A stretch of 57,722 nucleotides of DNA, filler included, from Platydemus manokwari (Eukaryota): NCBI GenBank assembly GCA_037951405.1. It is 5 parts of 5 records of this genome, joined end to end, with 100 filler letters (N's around TTAATTAATTAA, not from the genome) between each part and the next. Parts side by side here need not be neighbours in the genome. Positions count along the whole stretch, not along the records: positions 24,652 to 34,530 come from JBBMOY011193432.1; positions 34,631 to 43,945 come from JBBMOY011266540.1; 3 more parts are not named here. One strand, written 5' to 3'. Every line of letters starts with the position of its first letter. Position 1 is the stretch's first letter. Of this stretch, positions 24,726-37,600 are shown one piece after another. The position numbers and the translations under genes are program-made. Below the pieces are notes generated by a model. The model ran no database searches and had not been told where the DNA came from. It was given only the letters and a program-made list of their open reading frames with translations.

Positions 24726-25289
24726 TTAATAACTCGCAATTATCTCATCACCAAATATCTCTGTCAGTGTCTAACATAAAAATTTTTAGTACGTTAACAG
24801 TTTCAGTTTAAAATGTTTGGACTTATCTATCACTATTTCGAAATATATGACAAAAACGATCTAAATACCCGTGGAAACAATTGGAACAGCGAAATTTTTA
24901 TTCATAAAAATAGTTCCAAAATGTCAACTTCTTGAGTGCTGTACTTTGCCGACCTTATTAAATTCGTACTTTTATTGAAATAAATTGAAATAAATAAAGA
25001 ACAACAGAATTCACACAGGAGATATTTGGGTGATCAAAGTAAGTATTTATAGATCGAAATAGCTCTTTATTATCGCCATTTCAACCAAAATACTAACAGG
25101 GTAAGATGGTTATTAGTAGAATATTCAACCCTGCAACAAATGTAGCTGTAAGGGAGTAGAATATCTTGTAACAGTAGAATAACGAAGTAAAAGTATTGTG
25201 CCGTAGTGTGATATTAGTTAGAATTATATTATGAGCAGAAGTATTTAGAAAAAGCAGTGGTGCTTGATCCGAGTTTTATTAATCTGCGG

Positions 25290-25430
25290 TGTTATCACTC
25301 AACAATTTAGACCTGAAAATTATATTAAATAATTTATCACAATCAAAGTCTGAATAGAAACAGTAAATCTTTTCACAATTCACAAAGTAAATCACTCAAG
25401 ACGGAATCAGAACCCGAAAGTCAAAAACAA
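25290..25430 (-). repeat. LTR-like repeat family A, partial copy
   Basis: Homologous to 25730-25960, 28993-29396, 40277-40640 and inverted to 55473-55996. Ends ...GATAACA on the minus strand. Confidence 0.7.
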
Positions 25431-25729
25431 TATAGATATTAATCTCTGATTTTTCTATATTCTTCCTTTCTTTTTGTATATTTTCTATGTCACCTTTATA
25501 TCTTCTTAATTTCTTCTCTATATCATCTTTATATCTTCTTTATATATTCTCTAAACAGTCTCAACATCTTTCTCCATTTCAATGGTTTTCAGTCATGGAT
25601 CTTCTCAGAATCGAATCCAGATGCGTGGTCTCCATGATAGCCACTACTATTTTAAAAACCACACATTAAAAACTAACAGAAAAGTCAGGACACCAAATTT
25701 CATTTAAATACAATTTTTTAAACTGTAGG

Positions 25730-25960
25730 GTTATCAAACAACAAATATTGCATTTACTAAATATTACACTCAAACTCACAATAACAACAACAACAAATCT
25801 CTATGCAATTCACAAAGAAAATCATTCAATATGGGATCAACGTCTGAAAGTCACAAACATAATGAAGAGTAATCAAAAAGACTGATTACTGAAATCACGC
25901 ATAAGATAGGCACTTGTGCCATTGGCGTATATTTGGGCTTGTTGACGTTTGTAGGTGTTA
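25730..25960 (-). repeat. LTR-like repeat family A, internally deleted copy
   Basis: Shares ATTCACAAAGAAAATCA.TCAA..GGGATCA and AATGAAGAGTAATCAAAA.GACTGATTACT.AAATCAC blocks with the other copies. Confidence 0.75.
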
Positions 25961-26227
25961 GTTGCTAACACTTCTTCATTTTTTATGTTGTATCCAGAAG
26001 TCTTTTTCAACACACAAACGATATATTTCCATATTGCTTTTTTCCAAACCAATATTCGGGCTTTTAAACATTCTTTATAAATTTAAAATTTCAATTTTAA
26101 ATTTTTTTTAATTATTTTTTAACATATATTTTTGAAAGGTTACAATAATTATCTGAGAAAGATAAATATTAAATATTTTTAATATAATTAATTAAAAACA
26201 TTTTTTAATTATTAGTCGTCATCTTGT

Positions 26228-28020
26228 TTAAATTTTAAACTTCACATATTTTTTTAAAAATTTTAATTTAATTTTTTCAATATTTTTTGTTATTACTGCT
26301 CCTTTCCTATTTTGTAATCGGTAACTTCTTTCATGATTCATCCCAATCACTTTATATGGGCTCTCATATCTTTCCTGATCTTTATTCCTCAACTCTTTCT
26401 TTATTAGTACCTCATCTCCTTCTTTGAATTTACTTTTAGTTGTTGCTTTTCTAACGCTATTTTGTTTTTCTTTCAATTTCTTTTTTAACTCGTCTCTGTC
26501 TGTTCTACTATTTGCTTGCCACTGTAATCTGTCTATCTTTTTCCCGAATATGACTTCTACTGGACTGACCTTTATTGTTTTTTGTACTGTCGCATTCAAC
26601 GTGTATTATATATCTGCTAATATTGAAGCTTAATTCATATTTTGTCTTTCCTTTATCCTCGCGTTTATGTAATCCCTAATCGTTCGAAATTATCATTCAA
26701 TGATTCCATTAGCGCCATTTTGAAAGCTATATCTTTTATTCTCTGTGATTCGAAACATTTTCGACAGCCTAAGTGTATTTTCTTGGGTGCACCATCTTTC
26801 AATATCCATTGATTCTGGATAACCCTTTCTACTGTTTCCTCGTTTTGTTTATTTATGGGGGTCAGTATTATGTATCTACTGAACCGGTCAATTATTACAA
26901 GTATGTATTTTTTCTCCTCTATTAGTTTCTTTCATCGGTCCTCAAATGTCGATATATATTTTCTCGAACGGCTCTCTAGCTTGCAGTGACTTTGGTTCTT
27001 CCTTCGTTTTTGTTGTTGGCACTTTAGTTTTTTGGTATGGTTCACACTGACTTTGATTTTCTTTCCAATGTCTTTCATATCGAAACTATTTTTTTCCTTT
27101 CCTGCGTGACACAGCAATTTGTGCGTGTGTTCTATCATTTCTCTTCTTTTCCCTGCTGGTATCCAAATTTTGTTTTCTTTAGTTTTTATTGTGTCTCCAT
27201 AGAGCATGAAATCACTACATCGCGTCCGATCTATCCCTCTTTTTATCATTTCTATCTCATCGTTGTTGATCTGCCATTCTTTTAATATCTTGTCTGTCAT
27301 TATTGTTAATATTCTGGTCTTCATTTTTCCGGTACTCGATTTCTCGTGTATTGATAGACATTGCAAACATGTCGTACATGTATTCCTTGAAAGCATATCT
27401 GCATTTCTATGATTAGCTCCTTTTTTAAAAATCATGTTTATATCGAGGCTGCTTAGATAATTTAGCCATGTTTGGAACTGTAAAGTTATAAGGTTCTTTC
27501 TCTTCAGTATGCATGTGATCAGTTCTTAGTGTGAATCTTTTTCCGTACAGATAGTGGTTGAAATGCTGACAGAAGTAATATATTGCTAGTAATTCCTTCC
27601 TTGTGATACAATATCCATTCTTATGTTTGCTCATCGCTTGAGATTCGTACGCAATGACTCGTGCATTTCCTTTACGATAATACCGCTACTATTGTGTCGA
27701 AACATGCATCGGTATCTAGGACCAACTACTTGTTATAATCAGGAAATGACACGATCGGTGCTTCTGTCAGCGCTTTTTTCATGTCTTCGAATGCGTTGCT
27801 GTATGTTCATTCCAAATGGGTATTTCATTAATTTTAGCACACAATTCTTCCAGTTTTCTTGATTTTTTCGATTTTTTTATTGGCACTCTGATCAAACCTT
27901 CTCTGGATTATTGATGTCCCTTGCTTTTAGTTGGACCTTTGTTGTCCCCTTCTCTCTAGATTTGTGTAACATCCACTCTCGTGATGTCCTCTAATGATTC
28001 TCAATTTTGTCAACACAGAT
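26228..28020 (-). mobile_element. Decayed Ty3/Gypsy LTR retrotransposon internal region (gag remnant, RNase H, integrase; RT not found)
   Basis: RNase H motifs LDTDAC, VIAYES and YCITRKELLAI..F.HYLYGKRFTLRTDH. Also G..H.NADMLSR, integrase H..LCH.G, SPVEVIFGK and FKEGDEVL...YESPYKV (GPY/F-like). Multiple frameshifts. Confidence 0.9.
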
Positions 28021-28992
28021 ATTTCACTTGATTTTTGTATTAATTTTTTATCAATTATAAATGATTATTGATGGAAATATTATGGTAAAACAAAAAAATC
28101 AATAAATATAAATAAATTTTTCTGTGTTGAAATATCTTATCGTTATTATTTTCTCTTCAATAAAAAAACCCCATTATATTACAAGTGATTATAAATTTGA
28201 TTACCTAACCGGTAAATTCTTCTTCATGTCGCGGATTTACTTCAAACGAAGTGAATTTAACACTGAATTTTTATAAATTACAAAATAAATTAGTCAAAGA
28301 AATTGATCGCAGCTCAACAACCAATGTATTTGATTAAAAAAAGAATAAAAGAGAATAATGAGATTCAATTTGATGACGATATAATGTGATCAGATTTAAT
28401 ATAAATATTTATCGTATTGCATATGTATGAGAATATATTTTTATCATTTTATTGGAAATTTATTTTTGTGTTGCTGTGAAAATATGTTTGAAATGGAAAT
28501 ATATTTTTAAAATATTTATATTGAAATTGTATTATTAAATGTACTTTAAATTGAAATAAGGAAAGGCGACAATTATCACATAAACACTAAGATCACAAGC
28601 CGTGACGATTAAAAGAATATACAAATAAAAATCTCCTTTATCCTTAGGAAGAATCTAAATTTCACAGAATAAACCAGTAAATGGATATAAATAACGATAA
28701 TCATCGGTGCCAATAATCTCTCTAAAATCAATATATAAGTAGGGCGATCAGTCATTGACCACCAAAATGAAGTAACTGAAAAAAACTTCATTGAAGACAA
28801 TTTTTCCATAGGGGTAATTTCGATTGAATTAGAAGCTTTTCGTTGTTGCATTACAATTGCAACAAAGGAGCTGTTCCTGTTTTCATCTATACATAAATAC
28901 ATTTATTTGAAAGCGTTTTGTTTTCTCATTTTAGCACACTAAATAATTTCACAGTTACAAAGCTAGTCAAAAATTACAGAATTATTTTTATA

Positions 28993-29396
28993 CAACAACA
29001 ATTTACATGTGAAAAGTGTATTAACTAAAATATTACACTCAAAGTCTCAACAACAACAGCAAATCTTTTCACATTTGACAAGGTAAATCATTCAAGATGG
29101 AGTCAGCGTCCGAAAATAAAAAAAAACAGAATGAAAAGTAATCAAAAAGGCAGGTGTGTCTGCTTGATGTCAGGGATCTTCGTTTTCTATTTGCTGAATT
29201 CGATCTATTTAAAGTTTTTCTCACATCTACCGTTCCATTGGCGGATATTTTATCTTGTTACCATTTGTAGGTATGTGCATGTCGTTTCTCAGCTTCTAAA
29301 TATGGATTAATATTAGAACGAATCTGATTGGTTAACGGCGCGTGTTTATCGGGCCTGTGTGTGTTTACACTTTTTAGGTTCCTTCTTTGGTTTTTA
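28993..29396 (-). repeat. LTR-like repeat family A copy
   Basis: Colinear inverted homology to 55473-55996, including GATTGGTTAA.GGC.CGTG.TTATCG. Confidence 0.75.
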
Positions 29397-29899
29397 CGAT
29401 TGATTGATTGATTTTTGATTGATTCTTGATCTACCCATCATCATGGTTCAATAGATGATTTCAGTAAAAGTAATTTAGTATTAATAATATTAATTCATAT
29501 AGTAGCCCTCATACTATTGTAGAACATGGCACGAGAAAGTATATAATCCGTGATCGTATAAAAACAAAACGCACACAATCTATAAAAAATAGAAATATTA
29601 AAATAATGTTTAAGTGTTTCAATAATCAATTATTCGACCTTGAATTTATATAACATGGTATATTTTGGTGTCAACTTTGACAACGATTTCCAACAATTTT
29701 ATCGGATCAGCCTGAAAAATTTTAAATAAAATTCTTCCATGATTTTGACCAAATAAGCTATGCGTTACTTACAATTTGATTACTAAGTAGTGCAATTATT
29801 ATTTGTTAATAAAGATCAAATTAAATCAGTTTAATGAATTCGGAAATTGAAATTTCTATCAAAATTAAATGAAAGCCCATTTATTTAATTATAATCATT

Positions 29900-30280
29900 T
29901 ATATTTTAGTTAATTATATAATATATTTGTATAATTTATGTTTTATTATCATTTTATTATTATTATGTTTTATTAAAAATAAATACATTCGGAAAATCCT
30001 GTTGAAACGGACACTTACTCAATTGTCACAAAGGGTCTTGTTGATCCACTATCGGCTTCCTTGAATAATAAGGTTAAGGTTGATTAAATCGATTTCTACA
30101 CCGCTCCACTTATCTTCATATAAGTTGAGTATATCAAGGCGAAGCAATATTATATAACTACCTGAGAGTCTGGGTATCTGAGGACTCTGGGATCTGATTA
30201 ACTCGTAGATTTCGATCAAATCAAATCAAATCAAATCAAATCAATTAAAGAAATAAAAGTAGTCACCCCGAAACGTTACA
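29900..30280 (-). mobile_element. Candidate solo LTR, separate family, containing an (ATCAA)n run
   Basis: Minus strand starts TGTAACG, with a GC-rich block and TATATAA box. The distal boundary is uncertain. Confidence 0.35.
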
Positions 30281-31074
30281 ATAATACTAATAATAATAAC
30301 TAATAAATTATATCTTGCTGCATTTTGGAAATCCTTTATTGTGCTTCTGATCGTTTTTTTTGTGAGGAGAATAATTTCAAAATAAAACTCTAAAAGATTT
30401 TAGAAAATTGATATCAAAGGCTATTTAAAATATTGTAGTTAAATGTTTTGTTTCGTGGATTTCCAGTCACTTCCTATGCGTCCTTTATAAAATATCAATG
30501 GCTTACAATTTTGTTTTGTGATAATTGATTTGTTTTGCTTTTTTTAATTAAATACTGTATCCATTAATGATCTCAATATGAAGACGCTTCATAAATTGTT
30601 TTTGCGATGAAATCCAGAAATGAAAACAAATTCTAATCAAATGATTAATATTGTTAGGAAAATCTGTAAAAATATAGCTTAATTAATTAACTGTTATCAG
30701 AAATGATCATCAACGATATAGCAGCTTAAATTAAAACACAATTAAATATCAGATTAATTAAAAATTATTTTGAATTATCCAAGCAGTATTTATCAGGTAA
30801 AACTGGCAAGGTTATATTTTTAAGGTAATGAAAATTCTTATTTAATTCTTTATCAAAATCTTTAAAATTTAGGTATTTTCTCAACAAAATAAATAGATAT
30901 GTTAAAGAGAGGAAATCTAGCAAGCAACCAACCAAGAACGTGATTTAATGTCGAGATCATAATTATTTAATTATCTGATCAATCAGTAATTCATTAGCAT
31001 AACCCGTTTTATTTAATATTTTGAATGTGTCGATGAATAATGTAAAATCTATATTTATTCTGTTTGTCTTTATA

Positions 31075-31385
31075 TTATTGAATGAGACGAAATTTTACAA
31101 AGGGCCCCTTGTTTAAGCACTTTAAGTATTTGCATGCCTACACAATTAAATCCCATTGGAATCAACCAATTATAGTTGACTTAGATGGAAAACAATGATT
31201 GGAAAAATGATATAACACACAACTATACAGACATTGGGATTGGCCAATACTACACATATATAAACCAATAAGCGTAATAGAAACATGATAAAGTAAAGAT
31301 CAAATTAAAATGCGATATAAACTTGACACAAAAACTTACTCACGGATCATGAGTATGAATACCGATTTAAAGGTAACCACCTTGG
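31075..31385 (+). repeat. Dispersed repeat family B (LTR-like)
   Basis: Homologous to 42875-43160: TGAGACGAAAT, ATTTGCATGCCT, GGGATTG.CCAAT, AAAGTAAAGATCAAAT.AAAATG.GATA. Confidence 0.75.
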
Positions 31386-31798
31386 CTTGGGTTTTATTGA
31401 GGACCTGTATCATTACTTGTAATAGAAATTAAGTTTTCAATATTCGACTTTAGTGTCAGCAATTATTTGGTTACACAGAGTTCAGCACCAACAGATATTA
31501 GGAACAATACTAATATTTATTGAATGCTGAAAAAGTTTAAAATTAAAATTCATTAAAAAATATGTCACAACCAATCAGAGCAGGACCGACGAATGTGCTT
31601 TCATTTACCAGATTCTCTCATTATGCCATTAGTTTCCATAATTTCACATAGTTGCTATTGGTTTCGAAAAATTGAAAAAGCTATTAACCAAAAAATTGTT
31701 TCATAAAATTTATTGTCGTAAACAGTTATAAATACCTCCTCGGTGAATAATCATCTGTTTCACGGCAACTGGAATACTCTCATGAATATACGATAGAG

Positions 31799-31923
31799 CA
31801 GTGGTTTACAACCAGTGTTCCACGGAACCTTAGGGTTCCTCCAGTACACTCCAATCTTTTTAAATTTCTAAATTAGAACAACGAATAAATAAACAACATG
31901 TTAAATTCAATTTCGAAAATCTA

Positions 31924-31960
<37 letters not shown>

Positions 31961-32111
31961 TCATTATTATTAGTATTATTTTATTATTAGTTATTGTCTA
32001 AATATATTAAATTTAACATATTTAAATTCGCTACATTATTGCACAGGGGTTTCTCGAGCCAGAGGAATGTTCCGTGAGGTTCCTCTCCAGCGAAAAGGTC
32101 GAAAACCACTG
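31799..32111. mobile_element. hAT (Buster/Charlie-like) MITE
   Basis: TIRs CAGTGGTTTACAACC / GGTCGAAAACCACTG, subterminal GTTCC repeats and an internal (TTA)n. Both flanking 8-mers have a central TA but are not identical. Confidence 0.75.
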
Positions 32112-34458
32112 TTCTAATCGTTCAAATCGTCACTAGGTCAAAAGTCGGAAAATATTCGAATATTTAAATTTTTCTTTTCTGGACAAAGTAAATATTTTAA
32201 AAGACTTTTTTTATCATAAACGGAAAAGATTTTTCTCCTCACATTCAAGAGAAATGTACCGGTTATTTAATTTTTATTTTGTTTAAATCAACTAAATTAT
32301 CAAAACAAAAATATAATGTCAATTATATAATATCTTAATAATCCATGTGGGTGGCTTGTTGAGACCAGGATATAATTATACAAAAACTACTAAAAATAAT
32401 ATTTTCCAACAACTTTGTTTAACTGAAATCGAAATCCCCAAAGGCTTAAATGCCCACATAACTTTTCCGTACTTAGCATTGATAAAATATCCTACATTCA
32501 TGCCATCCCCAGCAGCTTTTGGACGAGAAAAATGACAACTAATTCTAACGAATAATTTCACCAGCAATATTAAACCACATTTTTAATTGATAATAAGATT
32601 CATGATACTTTTTTGTTTTAATTGTTTAGATTTCATAATAAATATTCAAATGAGAGAATCTTGGCCAGGGGAAATAATCCACAGGGATGGAAATTATATT
32701 TAGTGAGATTTCATTAATAAATAACTCAGAAAGTATAGAAATTATTTTTTTTGCTTTTATAAGTATTTTTAAAATATTTACCAGCCAAACCCTTTGATTT
32801 GGATCATATAATGCGTCCCACAACTAACACCTCACAGCAAAAACCTTCAAAATTTCATTGAATATTTAAAAATGCCATTGGTTTCATTGGATCAAATTCT
32901 AATAACCTTCAAAGGTTTTATGTATTTTTGAAACAGGAAACTATCGAGAAGTGCAGATCAATCAATCGCAACTCAATTTTTCTTTTAATGGAGATATCTG
33001 TATCAGGTTTATGAGAATATTAAAGTAAATTGGTATCGTATCTTTTCAGTAGGTTTTCGATGCGTGTGATATAAGATAGTATCGGCTTACAAAGTGAACA
33101 TTTGTGTAAAAGCACTCAATAAACACAGTGATAACAATTACGACAATTCATTTTAACTTTCCACTAAATGATGTGGCCAGCAGTTTGCAGAGTTATCCTG
33201 TAAATTTGAATGAAAATAAAATTGGCAACCCACTTAATGACGTTAATGAATGGCTACATGGACCGGTTTGTTCTCGAGATGTTGAAAACAGCAATCGCTC
33301 CGTATTAATAATAGAGCTTGCCATTTTGAAAATAATATTTGGAAGCAAGTTTTAGTAAAATGAGATTTTGCTAGAGTATACTACGAGATACTCTGTAAGG
33401 CATTGATTAAAAATAAATAATAATTTTATGACATCTCTTGGTACAATAAAAACTTTTTTTGATATTTCGACTGAATATACTTTGGATGTTGATATTCTTA
33501 TATCGTATTCAATTAATATTTATTCAAATAGCATCGCCAATCAACCGTCTGTGATTCAAATCGATCAATTTGAGTATTACTAAATGGTGAATTTCAGGTC
33601 CTATCTGATACTGATGAGTAAAGAGAATCATGAAGCTGGTCTATCCGTAAACTACTAGCTCTAATTTCATTGGCTCAATCTGCAAATTAGTGTAAGGCTT
33701 ATTAGCATTAATTATAAAAGTAATATTAATAATAATAAGTATAAATAATTATAATCCAATCAATAATCGTAACATAAAAATCAATCAACTGTGAGTTGAG
33801 TTGAAAAATAATTCATAACACCTCATAATACTTTATAATAAATTAAATAATTGTTTAAATAACTACTGGAAATTTTCAAGTGAAAGATAATCTGTAAAGA
33901 GAAATCTTTCACACATTTGTAGGATTTAACGAAAATGCTCTTCAACGCCAAATTGGCAAATTGTAATGAGATCCGTTTTGTCAAATTTAATTCTTTTCTA
34001 CTTCAACTAACATATAACCAGTGTTTCGTAATGAGAAATTGCTGACAATTCATATCCGTTGGATATATTAGTCAATATTTGCATTTATCGATGATAATAT
34101 TTATCACTTTTTGTTGCAAACAGCCACCAATCTTATCCCCAGTATCGCATTTGTAACAGAAATATTTCCCTCCAGAACAACAGAAAACCATTCATTTATC
34201 ATGCCAACATGTACATATGGACGGATTCCATTCAGAATGTATATATTTCATTTGTGGAAAATAAAATGATTTATTATTAGATTTATTTTCCATTTTATTG
34301 GTGGATAATTTTGAAAATGTATACCGGTTAATTAGATAATCAATGAGTAAATCAGATGGGAAAATTATAAATTCTGATATTCCCTGTTTTACATAATAAA
34401 TATAATATCGGAACATTTTATGCTGATATCTCTTCATCGGTATCATGGTATTTAAATT

Positions 34459-34460
34459 AC

Positions 34461-34530
<70 letters not shown>
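34459..34530. repeat. (ATT)n microsatellite running into the contig end
   Basis: Uninterrupted trinucleotide repeat up to the N linker. Confidence 0.95.
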
Positions 34531-34630
34531 NNNNNNNNNNNNNNNNNNNNNNNNNNNNNNNNNNNNNNNNNNNNTTAATTAATTAANNNNNNNNNNNNNN
34601 NNNNNNNNNNNNNNNNNNNNNNNNNNNNNN
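34531..34630. other. Artificial contig linker/gap spacer
   Basis: N44-TTAATTAATTAA-N44. Confidence 0.98.
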
Positions 34631-37600
34631 ATAAAATAAAAATGGAAATTACTTGAATTTTACAAGCATCATTCTAAGATATAGTCAAGGAAAATTCAAG
34701 AAGTGATTTTAGAGGTGAAGTACTAAATCTGATTTAGAATTATGAAATTATCTGCTTTATGGAATTAACTACTTTACACCACATTTACATTGCTATATCG
34801 ATTATACACATTATGTTTGTATATCAATCAAGCATTAATGATATTTCTTTATTATAATCTTTGGTTGAGTATATCGACAATTAAAACAATTGAATGTGCA
34901 ATAAATTCTTTTCAACGGTAGCTATGATTTCCAAAAAGTGTCATGAAGAGCTGAAATTTCTATGCTAATTCAAGAATGTGCTCAAATCAGACAAAAATTG
35001 TCATTGAAAACACAACCTACAATTTCAAAAGTCAAACTAAGAATACGTCTCAGTACTAATAAAAATGAGTGATATGAAAAATTATTTTTTATATCAACAA
35101 AAAATAGTATTTTTAATTAAAGAATACTAAGCCTGATCTATTTTATATTAAATACATGGTTCGAGAGCTCTAAAAATGATATTTGGAAAAATATGAGATT
35201 CTGATTTACAATTCACTATTTTGACGATGAAAGGTGATAAATGAAATGGCATTAGGTTTTTAAATGAAAATATCTAATTTAAAAGAGTTAATTTAAAATA
35301 TCTAAACCACATTTTGTATTTAATATCGTTTCGGCGATGGGTATAACTTCTGAAGTCAATTTTTACTGAGTGAATATATTTTTGATAAGTAAACTTTTAG
35401 ATAAATTCTATAAAATTAATCTGAAATATTATAAAACTTTCTGTATCAAAGTTTCGGAAAGACTTTTTACCTTCCCATTTAATATACCTATGGAACTTGA
35501 AAGCACTTTTTCGAATTGCATGTTTATGTGATTGGATTTTATAATGGGTTTATGCGATACTTCCTTAAAATCTGCATTTTGTACAGACATTTTAATTAAA
35601 TTTTACAGATAATGTCTGACAAACGTTAACCAAAATATTAAAAATTATTATCGATTAATTTTTTGATTTTCTTGGGCATTTGCAAACCTTTGAATTCTTT
35701 TTCAAATATTGTTAAGATTTTGATAAATCTTCGGTGACACTAGAATCAAGATTCTTGATAAAAGCTTTGTGGAAATTCTGATTTATTGAACATAATGCTC
35801 TTGAGATATTTTATATGAATCAAATTTTTAATTCTAATTTTATTTAAAATCATGGCTTAAGTTAAGAAAAAGAGTCCTTTGACCCAATTTTAAAGTAATC
35901 ACTTTTCGTGAGTTATTTGATATTAAAATTAATTTGTAATCATATTTTAATGAAATTTTTAATAAAATTAAATTATAGATTAAAAACAAAAAATCATCTC
36001 TAACAATCGAAAACCATGTATTTGATGCTTGCTACTATATTTGGCACTTTCAAAACATTCCTTGACAATTTCTACAACGATATTTAGGCATTCAATTATA
36101 TTTCTATGTCAAGATATTTCTTCATTGACGAGGAATCTACAAATTGTTATATCTCAATAAATAATTTTAAATTGTTGGTTTTATTTTAATAAAAATTGTT
36201 GATTGTTAGTTTACTAATGGATATCATTTTGTAAATATAATTTTTTTGTGAGCTCCGTTCACCAAAAATACTTCATTCAGGATGTCGAAAAGGGACAAGG
36301 CTGAATTGTTGAAACAAGTCACTATTTGAATTCCGAAACTTATATATCTGTGGCATCTTCACCCGTACAATTTATTTGATTTGGATAAAATCTTCATTTA
36401 ATTACAACATTGACAGGTTTGGGATCTATGTATCCAATCTATTAAATGGACATTAATATACTTATTTTGAGAGAAAAGGCAAGTACTTTGTTCAGGGCAC
36501 TTCTCAATAATTTCGAAATCACTTTTTTATACAATAACTGTAAAAATCTTAGATATCATCCCAATTGTTTCTAATGTTAAAAGAAGGGGTACTCACTGAC
36601 TTTAAATTAATTGTATTTTGACCTACTTTGACCTTTTTTTAAATAATTAATTTTTAGTATATTTTAACAATCATTTGCATGGATTATTCGATTCTAAATA
36701 ACTAAAATTTTACTCGAGTACTTAAATAAAAAAATTCAAAATGTTATTAAAAAATTTAATTAATCTATCTAGATTTTAGCAATACACTCCACAATTTTAA
36801 AATTTAATTTAGGATTCTATTTTTTTAACCTCAACCGAAATCATATTTATATACAATTACATTTATTTGTTTAAATAATTGTTTTTAAATAAATTTTTGG
36901 CGTCTTGACATTTTAGTTCGTTTTTAATGTGTGATTTTTAAAATGGTAGCGACTAACAATGCTTATTATGTTCCAATATAATAATAATGTTTATATTTAT
37001 ATATTAACATCTGAACCAAACTTAACTGTTATCATAAATTAAAACACGTAAACATGATATTAGAATTCGATTTATTGAAGAAATGAAATACAAAGGAATC
37101 CGACCAATTTCACAAAGCTGGTCATCAATATTCTTTCAATATTTACTATTGATTACAAATAATTTATTTGAGTTGAAAAATTTCATTCTGTGATAATTTT
37201 AGTAACATTTTAAGAAATGTCGTTAAATTTGATTGGTTGATTTTATGATAAAAAGATATTAAATAATTTACAAGAAACAGTTACCAAAGGTTTGAATGTT
37301 CGACTTATAATTATTATAGATAAAAGCAAAGAAGTCGCATGAATTTTATTTATTTATCAATGAATATTTATCGATTAATGACATTAATTCCCGGGGTGAT
37401 GAATTATAATCATTTTTGGATTTTGATATATTGACCGATGTAGAAATACAAAGGATAAGTTCGAGTTTCTAGATTCAATTAAACATCTCTCTACTTTAAT
37501 TGAAAGATTTATTAATCATATCAGATTTCACAACACAATACAATAATAGATTTCAGCTAACACTTTATTAAACAATTTAGCAATTTCTCCCGAGTCTTCA

